Positions 20,537 through 28,333 of a stretch of DNA of 34,620 bases are shown one piece after another. The position numbers and the translations under genes are program-made. Under the pieces are notes generated by a model. That model was not told the DNA's origin. It was given only the letters and a program-made list of their open reading frames with translations, and did not search any database. Every line of letters starts with the position of its first letter. The stretch's first letter is position 1. Source of the stretch: an uncultured Acidimicrobiaceae bacterium (GTDB lineage Bacteria; Actinomycetota; Acidimicrobiia; Spongiisociales; ZC4RG35); the NCBI GenBank assembly GCA_964501055.1, contig CAZCRP010000003.1:1-34620 (forward strand), written 5' to 3'.

Positions 20537-21832
20537 TTACGGAACGTACGGCTCGAGCGGCTCCGGGAGCAGCAGGAACTCCGGATACCAGGTACCGGCG
20601 TCGTTGACGCCGTCCGGCGCCCCTTCTGCTGCAGTCGTCGTGAATATCGGCTGGGCGCTCGCCAACTCGCCGAACTCGGTCCACGACAGCGTGAAGGCGT
20701 AGCCCGGCGGGTCGAAGCTGTTGGTGCGGATGTACTCGGCCACGGCCGCCGGGTCGTCGCCCACCGCTCCGACCGCTTCGGCCACCATCGTGACGATGCC
20801 GTAGCCGGCCACCGCGTCGTCCTCCATGAAGACGTTGTCGGAGACGGCCAGATAGCGGCGAGCGAGATCGACGTAGTCGTCGCTGAAGTAGTCGGCGCAC
20901 GCGAAGTCCGTGTAGCGGTCGATGGCGGCCTCGGCGACTCCGCCCACCACCAGCGAGCGCGGGGTGTAGGCGCCGGCGATCGGCACGTCCATGCCGAGCG
21001 CGGCGGACTGCACCGTGATGGGACCGGCGCCGGGCGGGTGACCGGTGGCCACGATCAGGCCCGGATCGAACTGCTCGAGGCTCCGCAGGTAGGTGGCGAA
21101 GTCCTGTTCACCGATGGGGGCCACTTCGATTTGCAGCTCGATGCCCGAGCCCTCGAACGTGTTCACCAGCGCGGATTCGATCGCACGCCCCCATCCGTAG
21201 TCGGCGATGATCGCGCCGACCCGGTCGACACCCTGGCTCTGTGCGTACTGCAGCACCGGACCGGCCACCATCGGAGCCGACGGGAGACAGGTGCGGAACG
21301 TGTAGCGCGAGCTGGTCGTCAGGATTGCCTGCGAGCCGGCCTTGATGAGGAACAGCGGGATCTCGAACTCCTCGGCCAGGCGGGCGGTGTTCAGACCGAC
21401 ATCGGACGAGATGATGCCGCCGACGGCGATCACACCATCGGACTCGACGAGCCGCTCGAACGCACTGGCGCCCTCTTCGGCGTTCGACTGGTCGTCGGCG
21501 AGGACGAGTTCCAGCATGCGGCCGTTCACGCCTCCCGCCGCATTGATCTCATCCACCGCCAGTTGCATGCCGTCGCGTACCTGTACTCCCCACGGCGTGA
21601 AGTTCCCGGTCAGGGAGGTGAGGGCACCGATGCGGATCGGGGACGTGTCGGCGGGCTCGCCGACGGTCGTCGTCGTCTCCTCTCCGTCGTCCGATGGTTG
21701 GGTGGCGGTCGTCGTCGTCTGGGCAGCCGTGGTCTCCGTTGCACCGTCGTCGTCGCCGCCGCAGGCGGCCACCACGAGGGCCAGGGTGAGCAGGAGGCTC
21801 AAGAACGGCCAGCTGGTCGTCTTCTTCATCAT
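20537..21832 (-). CDS. ABC substrate-binding lipoprotein (LivK-like), probably binding aromatic acids
   Basis: Lipobox VVAAC, Thr-rich linker, 'IRIGALTSLTG', 'AVDEINAAGGVNGR', 'YTFRT'. Confidence 0.92.
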   Translation of the reverse strand: MMKKTTSWPFLSLLLTLALVVAACGGDDDGATETTAAQTTTTATQPSDDGEETTTTVGEPADTSPIRIGALTSLTGNFTPWGVQVRDGMQLAVDEINAAGGVNGRMLELVLADDQSNAEEGASAFERLVESDGVIAVGGIISSDVGLNTARLAEEFEIPLFLIKAGSQAILTTSSRYTFRTCLPSAPMVAGPVLQYAQSQGVDRVGAIIADYGWGRAIESALVNTFEGSGIELQIEVAPIGEQDFATYLRSLEQFDPGLIVATGHPPGAGPITVQSAALGMDVPIAGAYTPRSLVVGGVAEAAIDRYTDFACADYFSDDYVDLARRYLAVSDNVFMEDDAVAGYGIVTMVAEAVGAVGDDPAAVAEYIRTNSFDPPGYAFTLSWTEFGELASAQPIFTTTAAEGAPDGVNDAGTWYPEFLLLPEPLEPYVP

Positions 21833-21851
21833 CGCTTCCTCCCGAAATCAT

Positions 21852-21913
21852 CCGGTGGGGCGGCTCGCCCCCCGGCTGTCGCCGACATCGTGCCTCATCC
21901 GGCCCGATGTCGG
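21852..21913 (-). other. two GC-rich hairpins in the 5' leader of the substrate-binding protein gene
   Basis: ccgacatcg-tgcc..ggcc-cgatgtcgg (21882-21913) and ccgg-tggggcg..cgcccc-ccgg (21852-21875). Confidence 0.55.
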
Positions 21914-21918
21914 GACGG

Positions 21919-21946
21919 ACGATAGTGACCGACTGACTGGTCAGTC
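21919..21946 (-). promoter_or_regulatory. putative TetR operator A plus -10 (TATCGT) upstream of the ABC/ligase genes
   Basis: ccgact-gact-ggtcag (21929-21944); gactgactggtcagtc (21931-21946) matches site B at 15 of 16 positions; TATCGT at 21924-21919. Confidence 0.7.
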
Positions 21947-22345
21947 CGGGAAACCGACCGGATTCTCCAGCTTGTCACGCATTGCGGGCGGTACCGGCAC
22001 CGGAGCGCCGGACTGGCGGTCGACGAGGACGGTGGTGATCGACCCCCTGGCGATCTCCCGCTCCCCGGCGCGCATCTCGATCGCATAGGTCACCGACGTC
22101 CGCCCCACCCTCGCCACCGAGATGGTGGTCTCGACCTCCTCGTCGAACACCACCGACGAGGAGAAGTCGAACTCGAGGCGCACCCGCGGGCTCACGCCGA
22201 ACGTCAGGTGCTGGATCCCCAGCGACCGGTGCAACTCGGTCTCGGCCTCCTCGCTCAGGCGGATGGCGGTCGAGTAGTGCCAGATGCCGGCCGCATCCGT
22301 GTCCATCCAGGCCACGCGCCGCCGCACCGAGTGGGACGCCGTCAC
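21941..22345 (-). CDS. hotdog-fold acyl-CoA thioesterase (4HBT/YbgC family)
   Basis: 'RVAWMDTDAAGIWHY', 'VARVGRTSVTY'; GTGA overlap with the hydrolase stop. Confidence 0.88.
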   Translation of the reverse strand: MTASHSVRRRVAWMDTDAAGIWHYSTAIRLSEEAETELHRSLGIQHLTFGVSPRVRLEFDFSSSVVFDEEVETTISVARVGRTSVTYAIEMRAGEREIARGSITTVLVDRQSGAPVPVPPAMRDKLENPVGFPD

Positions 22346-23100
22346 CCGGCCACCACCTGCGAGACGAACTTCACCGTGGCGTCGACCACCGCCTCCGGCT
22401 GGGCGAGGTGGGGTGAGTGCCCGCACTCGTCGAGCAGCAGCGACTCCACGGGGCCGGCCACCTGCCGTTCGATGGCTTCGAGTTGGCCTTCGGTGCCGTA
22501 TTCGTCCTGTCTCCCCTGGATCAGGAGGACGGGGCACTCGATCCCCGCCAGGTATTCCTCGATGTTCCACGGACGGAACTCGGGAGCGCGCCAGATCTCC
22601 CCCCAACCCCGAAAGGTGCGCTCCGGGTCGGTGTGGTACTTGGCCATCTTGTCGACCAGGTCCGTGGTCTCGAATCGCGCCCAGGCCGCGTCGAGGCCCG
22701 CGAGGTCCTCCACATAGACATGGGGCGCCAATAGGACAAGTCCCGCCACGGGGTGGCCGGCACCGGCGTGGATGATGGCGATCGAGGCGCCGTCCGAATG
22801 GCCGATGAGGAGCGGCCGGTCGAAGCCGAGCCGCGACAACAACTCGGGGAGGACGACGAGTCCTTCCCGATGCATGAAGTCGGGTGTGCGCGGCGCCTCC
22901 AGCGGGTCAGACCACCCGTGGCCGTACCGGCTGTACACCAGCGCCTCGCCCCCCGTGCGGTCGATCACGTCTTGCGGATAGCTCCGCCACAACTCGAGGC
23001 TCCCCAGCCCCTCGTGGAGGAACACGAGGGCGGGTTCCTCGCCAGGGGCGCCCAACCGCTGGTAGTCGAGCGACCGGCCGTCGACGGTCACCTTCGGCAT
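22342..23100 (-). CDS. alpha/beta hydrolase (box-cluster associated)
   Basis: 'FLHEGLGS', 'GHSDGASIA', 'QDEYG', 'GHSPH'; start ATG 23100 (alternative GTG 23112). Confidence 0.88.
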   Translation of the reverse strand: MPKVTVDGRSLDYQRLGAPGEEPALVFLHEGLGSLELWRSYPQDVIDRTGGEALVYSRYGHGWSDPLEAPRTPDFMHREGLVVLPELLSRLGFDRPLLIGHSDGASIAIIHAGAGHPVAGLVLLAPHVYVEDLAGLDAAWARFETTDLVDKMAKYHTDPERTFRGWGEIWRAPEFRPWNIEEYLAGIECPVLLIQGRQDEYGTEGQLEAIERQVAGPVESLLLDECGHSPHLAQPEAVVDATVKFVSQVVAG

Positions 23101-23133
23101 CAGGGGCGGCACCCTACTTCCGGCACCGGCGGC

Positions 23134-24582
23134 TCACGGCAGCTGCACGTACTCGAAGTCGAGCGGCTTGTTCTGGATCCCTCTGGTGGGCGGCGCGATC
23201 CAGCTTGCGAAACGGCCCGGCTCGAACTCGGGCTGCATCAACTCCTCGATGAACGCCCGGTCCTCGGACGTTGGCAGCCAGTCGCCGCGCCGCCGATCGA
23301 AGTCCTCGCGGCTGATCACGCGGCCCTCCGGGGACACCGCGATCTCGCCGAATTCGCCGATCTTGCGGTTGAACGCGACATGCGGGAGCGTGATCTCGAA
23401 GTCGACTCCGTGCTGGGAGATCACCCGGTTCCAGCGGTTGACGCCCCCCTGGCAGTCGTCCATGAAGTCGTCGCGCAGCCGGGCGTTGAGGGCGTTCAGG
23501 GCGGGCACGTCCGTCGAGCGGAGCTGGCCGTCGATCAGCTTCATGACGGGGTAGGTGTCTCCCCGCAACTGGTGGTCGTCCTCCAGCGCGTCCTCGTGAT
23601 AGCGGCCCTTGATCCCGGCGTTGAAGAAGTTGGCCGCGTTCGTCGACTCCTCCGAGCCGAACAGGTCGAGGGTGAGCGAGTAGTGGAGGTTCGTCTTGCG
23701 CTGAATCGTCGGAAGGTCGATCACGCCCAGCGCCCGCACGGCCTCGACGTCGTACGGATCATCGATCCCCGCCTCCGCCATCGCCCCTGCGGTGCGCTCC
23801 ACGATGCGCTTCACGCCGGTGTATCCGACGAACATGTGGTGGGCTTCCTCGGCCAGCATGAACCGGCAGGTGCGGGACAACGGGTCGAAGCCCGACTGGG
23901 CGAGGGCCTCCAACTGCATCTTGCCGTCACGGTCGGTGAAGAAGGTGAACATGAAGAACGAGAGCCAGTCGGGAGTCTCTTCGTTGAACGCACCCAGCAT
24001 GCGAGGCGCCTCGGCGTCTCCCGACTGGCGGCGGAGCAGTTCATGCGCCTCCTCCCGCCCGTCGCGCCCGAAGTACTTCTGGAGCAGGTACACCATCGCC
24101 CACAGGTGCCTCCCCTCCTCGACGTTGACCTGGAACAGGTTGCGCATGTCGTAGAGCGACGGGGCGATGCTCCCGAGGTGGCGCTGCTGTTCGACCGACG
24201 CGGGCTCGGTGTCGCCCTGGATCACGATCAGACGGCGGAGCATGGCCCGATACTCCCCCGGCACCTCCTGCCACACGGGTTCGCCGACGTGCTCCCCACA
24301 GGGGACGCGGCGGTCCTCGACCTCCGGCGCCAGCAGGATCCCCCACCGGTAGTCCGGCATCTTCACGAAGCCGAACTTCGCCCACCCCTCGTTCTCGACG
24401 CTGACGGCGGTGCGGAGGTAGACGTCGGCCATCTGGAAGCCCACCGGGCCCATCGACATCCACCAGTCGATGTAGCCGGGATGCCACGACTCCAGCGCCC
24501 GCCGCAGTTTGGGATCGTCGGCGAGGCCCACGTTGTTCGGTATCAGCGCGTCGTAGTCGACATCCTGCCAGCCCATGTTCAC
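23134..24582 (-). CDS. boxB: benzoyl-CoA 2,3-epoxidase diiron subunit
   Basis: 'IPNNVGL', 'VYLRTAVS', 'QGDTEPASVEQQ', 'NVEEGRHLWAM', 'TDRDGK', 'EEAHHMFVG'. Confidence 0.96.
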   Translation of the reverse strand: MNMGWQDVDYDALIPNNVGLADDPKLRRALESWHPGYIDWWMSMGPVGFQMADVYLRTAVSVENEGWAKFGFVKMPDYRWGILLAPEVEDRRVPCGEHVGEPVWQEVPGEYRAMLRRLIVIQGDTEPASVEQQRHLGSIAPSLYDMRNLFQVNVEEGRHLWAMVYLLQKYFGRDGREEAHELLRRQSGDAEAPRMLGAFNEETPDWLSFFMFTFFTDRDGKMQLEALAQSGFDPLSRTCRFMLAEEAHHMFVGYTGVKRIVERTAGAMAEAGIDDPYDVEAVRALGVIDLPTIQRKTNLHYSLTLDLFGSEESTNAANFFNAGIKGRYHEDALEDDHQLRGDTYPVMKLIDGQLRSTDVPALNALNARLRDDFMDDCQGGVNRWNRVISQHGVDFEITLPHVAFNRKIGEFGEIAVSPEGRVISREDFDRRRGDWLPTSEDRAFIEELMQPEFEPGRFASWIAPPTRGIQNKPLDFEYVQLP

Positions 24583-26228
24583 ACCCTCCTGTGGTCGTAC
24601 TCGGGGCGTATCCCCGTTCCGTAGCGACGCAGCGCCCCGGTCTCCGCCGATGCGTTGGGCCGCTGAAACACCCAGTTCTGCCAGGCGGTCAGACGTCCGA
24701 AGATCTTCGTCTCCATGGTCTCCGGACCGGCGAAGCGCAAGTTCGCTTCCAGCCCGGTGAGACTGTCCGGGGAGAACGCGGACCGCTCCTCGACGATCAC
24801 CCGCAACTCGTCCTCCCAGTCGAGGTCGTCCATGATCGCGGTCACGAGACCTGCTTCGTCGGCCGCCTGCGCGTCCAGCTTTTCGTCGATCGCCGCCCGC
24901 GCCAGGGACAGACCCTGCTCGTCACCCCAGAACCGGGTCTCCATCCGGGTCAGCCCGTTGGACATCCGCAGGTCGCCGTCGCTCATCGCGGTGAAGGCGA
25001 GGTGGGCGATCGCCCCTCCCTCCCCCGACCACGAACCCTCCAGCATGTAGCTGCGATCGGCTGCCAGGGTGAGGTCGGCGAGCGGGCCGGCGAAACAGCT
25101 GGCGGGCTCGATGAGCGCCAGGATCGTCCTGGCCGTGAGGTCGACTCGCTTGAGCAGGCGTTGCCAGTACAGGATCACCTCACGCACGAACCAATGGCTG
25201 CGGTTCGACCGCAGGAAGGCGTCGTGGGCGAGGACGACGTCGAGCTCGCCCCGGGAGCGGATGAGGATGGTCCCGATCTCCAACTCGTTGACCCGCAGGT
25301 GGAGGATGGCGTCGTCGAGGTCCCTGGCCAGTGCCAAGGGCCAGAACGACGCCCCTTCCTGGACGGCCTCGTCGCCGTCGGTCGGAGGAGCGCTCTCCGG
25401 TCCCAGCAACGTCATGCTGGCGGTGCGCTCCACCCGATCCAGTTCCACCGTGACGGTGCGGTAGCGGACGGTGTCACCATCGATCGTCCGTGCCAGCGGG
25501 GTGAGCGTGACGCCTGCGGCTTGCTGTGGACGGTCCGTCTGCGCGGCGTACTCCTCCGCCCTCGCCCGTACCACTTCGTCGAAGGACGACGTGGGCACCA
25601 GTTCGTCGACGAGACGCCATTCGAGCGCCCGGCCGCCCTTGACGCCCTCCTCGACGGTGCAGAAGACATCGGCTCGGTCCCGTCGCACATGCCGCTTGTC
25701 GACGAGGCGGGTGAGACCGCCGGTGCCGGGGAGGACCCCGAGCAGCGGAATCTCGGGCAGGGAGACGGCCGCGCTGCGATCGTCGATGAGCATGATGTGG
25801 TCGGTGGCGAGTGCCAACTCGTAGCCACCACCGGCCGCGGTGCCGTTGATCGCCGCCAGATAGCGCTGGCGAGAGTTGGCGGTGGCGTCCTCGATGGCAC
25901 TGCGGGTCTCGTTGGTGAACTTGCAGAAATTGACCTTGAGCGGATGCGAGGCGGCGGCGAGCATCCCGATGTTGGCGCCGGCACAGAAGACCCTGTCGAG
26001 CAGCGAGCCGATGACCACGGCTCCCAGGGTCGGGTGCTCGAACCGGAGCCTCTGCACGGCATCGGCCAGTTCGATGTCGACACCGAGATCATAGGAGTTG
26101 AGCTTCAGCTCGTATCCAGGGTGGAGCCCCCCATCGGGGTCGACTTTCATGTCGAGCCGCGCCACGCGGCCGTCCACCCGGAGGGACCAGTGCCGATACC
26201 GATCGGGCTCGGTCCGGAAATCGATCAT
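24579..26228 (-). CDS. boxC: 2,3-epoxybenzoyl-CoA dihydrolase (double crotonase fold)
   Basis: 'YELKLNSYDLGVDIEL', 'FCAGANI', 'KVNFCKFTNETR', 'SPDSLTGLEANLRF', 'RLTAWQNWVFQRPNA'. Confidence 0.96.
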   Translation of the reverse strand: MIDFRTEPDRYRHWSLRVDGRVARLDMKVDPDGGLHPGYELKLNSYDLGVDIELADAVQRLRFEHPTLGAVVIGSLLDRVFCAGANIGMLAAASHPLKVNFCKFTNETRSAIEDATANSRQRYLAAINGTAAGGGYELALATDHIMLIDDRSAAVSLPEIPLLGVLPGTGGLTRLVDKRHVRRDRADVFCTVEEGVKGGRALEWRLVDELVPTSSFDEVVRARAEEYAAQTDRPQQAAGVTLTPLARTIDGDTVRYRTVTVELDRVERTASMTLLGPESAPPTDGDEAVQEGASFWPLALARDLDDAILHLRVNELEIGTILIRSRGELDVVLAHDAFLRSNRSHWFVREVILYWQRLLKRVDLTARTILALIEPASCFAGPLADLTLAADRSYMLEGSWSGEGGAIAHLAFTAMSDGDLRMSNGLTRMETRFWGDEQGLSLARAAIDEKLDAQAADEAGLVTAIMDDLDWEDELRVIVEERSAFSPDSLTGLEANLRFAGPETMETKIFGRLTAWQNWVFQRPNASAETGALRRYGTGIRPEYDHRRV

Positions 26229-26237
26229 GGTTCGATC

Positions 26238-26267
26238 ATCCTAGACTGACCGGTCAGTCAGTGACAA
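26238..26267 (-). promoter_or_regulatory. boxC promoter (-35 TTGTCA, 18 bp, -10 TAGGAT) with palindromic operator B filling the spacer
   Basis: Minus strand reads TTGTCA-ctgactgaccggtcagtc-TAGGAT-gatcgaacc-ATG; perfect palindrome gactgaccggtcagtc at 26244-26259. Confidence 0.8.
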
Positions 26268-26886
26268 TCACTCGGTCCACGCCGAGTACCCGTTGCAGTG
26301 ACTGGAGGCACATCTGCTTGTAACGGCGGTGGTCCGTTCGCCAATCGGTGGTCTGCAACCAGCCGAGGAAGAGCCCTTCGATCATCGCCCGCATCTCGGT
26401 CGCCGCCACACCGACGTCGTCGACCCAGAACACCCCGGCCTCGACTCCCGCCGTGATGATCTCGCGGTAGTGGGACTCGATGATGCTGCGGCCACGTTCC
26501 CCGAACGCCTCGAACTCGGGGGAGCGTGCCTGGTGCTCGACGCCGTCGAGGTAGAAACGGAAGAAGTCGCGGTTGGCCTCCGGATCGATCCAGATCGCGT
26601 CGAGCAGCGCCGGCAGGAGATCGGCGGGTCGAGACACCGCCTGCATCCGCTCCCGGATGCGGGCTCCAGTCGCCTCCAGCACCCAATCCATCGCGGCGAG
26701 GACCATGGCGTCCTTCGTGGCGAAGTGATAGAGCAACAGCCCCTTGGAGACGCCCGCCTCCTCGGCGATCTGCTGGAGCGGGACCCGGTGCACTCCGCCA
26801 CGAGCCATCACCGCGTAGACGGTGCGGACGAGTTCGGACTTGCGGCCCTGCCCGCCTGCGACGGGGGCCGGATCAGACATCGGCAT
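26254..26886 (-). CDS. TetR/AcrR family regulator (BetI-like C-terminus)
   Basis: HTH 'LQQIAEEAGVSKGLLLYHFATKDAM'; 'GVEAGVF'. Confidence 0.93.
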   Translation of the reverse strand: MPMSDPAPVAGGQGRKSELVRTVYAVMARGGVHRVPLQQIAEEAGVSKGLLLYHFATKDAMVLAAMDWVLEATGARIRERMQAVSRPADLLPALLDAIWIDPEANRDFFRFYLDGVEHQARSPEFEAFGERGRSIIESHYREIITAGVEAGVFWVDDVGVAATEMRAMIEGLFLGWLQTTDWRTDHRRYKQMCLQSLQRVLGVDRVIVTD

Positions 26887-26906
26887 CCCTCGGATCCACG
26901 CGGTGG

Positions 26907-26929
26907 ATCCTAACTAACCAGACGGTCAG
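26907..26929 (-). promoter_or_regulatory. tetR promoter -10 (TAGGAT) with operator C
   Basis: Minus strand reads ctgacc-gtct-ggttag-t-TAGGAT; an 8-bp inverted repeat ggatccac/gtggatcc follows at 26892-26910. Confidence 0.65.
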
Positions 26930-26937
26930 GGGGATCC

Positions 26938-27513
26938 TCAGCGCAGGTGGTGATCGATCCCCTCGTAGAGCCGGATGAAGGTCCGGATCTCGGAGACGTC
27001 GTCCTCGCTCAGGTCGTCGAAGTAGAAGATGCGCGTCCAGGCCACCGCTGCCCCCCGGTAGCGCACTCCCTCGTGTTCGATCCCTTCGTACGGCGTCAGC
27101 AACACCCGGCCGCCGACGTCCTCGACCAACTCGACGAGGCCGTCGCGGAACTCGTCGCAACCCTCTGGACAGTCGTAGGTGATGACGATCCCGGCGTCTT
27201 CGAGGTTGTGGATGAACAACTCAGGAGGGAGAGCCTCTTCGTGGACTCCCCAGTTGGCGAGCAGACCCACGTGCGGACCGGACGACGGCGGCGAAGTGTT
27301 GTACGGCTCGTGCGGCTGGTCGATGGTGGCCAGGTGGAAGTTGCCCTGGGAGGGGAACTCGATCCCGGGGGGAGGACGGTCGAAGATCATGAGTGCCGCG
27401 ATGGCGCCGACCACCACCAGCCCGGTGATGATCCCGCCCCACGGGACGGGACGGCTGGCCGGCTTGGAGTCGATGTGGGCCGCCCGGGCGGTCTTGTTCG
27501 AGGTTCTGGCCAT
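26938..27513 (-). CDS. DUF3105-like membrane-anchored protein
   Basis: TM helix, 'YNTSPPSSGPH', 'HNLEDAGIVITYDC', 'AVAWTR'. Confidence 0.8.
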   Translation of the reverse strand: MARTSNKTARAAHIDSKPASRPVPWGGIITGLVVVGAIAALMIFDRPPPGIEFPSQGNFHLATIDQPHEPYNTSPPSSGPHVGLLANWGVHEEALPPELFIHNLEDAGIVITYDCPEGCDEFRDGLVELVEDVGGRVLLTPYEGIEHEGVRYRGAAVAWTRIFYFDDLSEDDVSEIRTFIRLYEGIDHHLR

Positions 27514-27571
27514 GGTGGTGTGATCCGTGGGAGTCGCGAAGGAAGGGAGGCTACCTGCTGCGCGAGCTACG

Positions 27572-28267
27572 TCAGGCGGGCGGCGTCCCGTCTGGCCACT
27601 CCTCGGGCGGATACTGCTCCTTGTCGGCGGTGACCCGCGCCATGTAGGCGGCCGCCTCCGATCGTCGCGCCATGCCGAGCTTGGCGAGCATGTTCGACAC
27701 GTAGTTCTTGACGGTCTTCTCGGCCAGGAACATGTCCTCGGCGATCTGTTTGTTCGTCTTGCCCTCGGCGATGTGCCCGAGGATCGTGTGCTCCTGCGGC
27801 GAGAGTTTGGAGAGAAGCGGATCTTCCTGATAGCCGTCGCCGCGCAGCCGCCGGAACAGTTTCTCGGTCATCTCGGGATCGAGTAGCGAGCCCCCGCGAC
27901 CCACGGCGCGGATCGATTCGAGCAAGTCGTCGCCCCGCACCCGCTTGAGGACATACCCGGAGGCACCGGCCAGGATCGCCGCCATCAGGGCTTCCTCGTC
28001 GGCGAACGAGGTCAGCATCAAGACCTTCACGTCAGGGAACCGGGCCCGGATCTCGCGGCACGCCTCCACGCCGGACCCGTCAGGCAAGCGCACATCCAGG
28101 ACCACGACGTCGGGCTCGTCGAACCCCGTCCGGCGGACCGCGTCCTCCACCGAACCCGCCTGGCCGACGACGGTGAGATCAGGGGTGGAGTCGATGAGCG
28201 CGGCGAGACCCTCACGCACGATCTCGTGGTCGTCGACGAGCAGGACACGGAAGGCTTCAGTGGTCAC
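27572..28267 (-). CDS. NarL/LuxR-family response regulator, DosR(DevR)-like
   Basis: 'LVDDHEIVR', 'VLDVRLPDGSG', 'LTSFADEEA', 'GKTNKQIAEDMFLAEKTVKNYVSNMLAKLGM'. Confidence 0.93.
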   Translation of the reverse strand: MTTEAFRVLLVDDHEIVREGLAALIDSTPDLTVVGQAGSVEDAVRRTGFDEPDVVVLDVRLPDGSGVEACREIRARFPDVKVLMLTSFADEEALMAAILAGASGYVLKRVRGDDLLESIRAVGRGGSLLDPEMTEKLFRRLRGDGYQEDPLLSKLSPQEHTILGHIAEGKTNKQIAEDMFLAEKTVKNYVSNMLAKLGMARRSEAAAYMARVTADKEQYPPEEWPDGTPPA

Positions 28268-28333
28268 GGCCCCCCAGGGTATCGCCTCGGAGGCGGCGAG
28301 TCCTCCACCCTCCGGTCAGTAGCCTGCAGGCGG

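Noticed and set aside
19808-21925. Long antisense or alternate-frame ORFs (e.g. 19808-21925, 10209-12251, 32508-34562, 7960-9735, 22753-24624)
   Set aside because: Shadow ORFs of well-supported genes in high-GC DNA; no recognisable motifs
21941-22345. Thioesterase as the DHNA-CoA thioesterase for menB/menA
   Set aside because: It is about 14 kb away and translationally coupled inside the box cluster; an aryl-CoA role is more parsimonious
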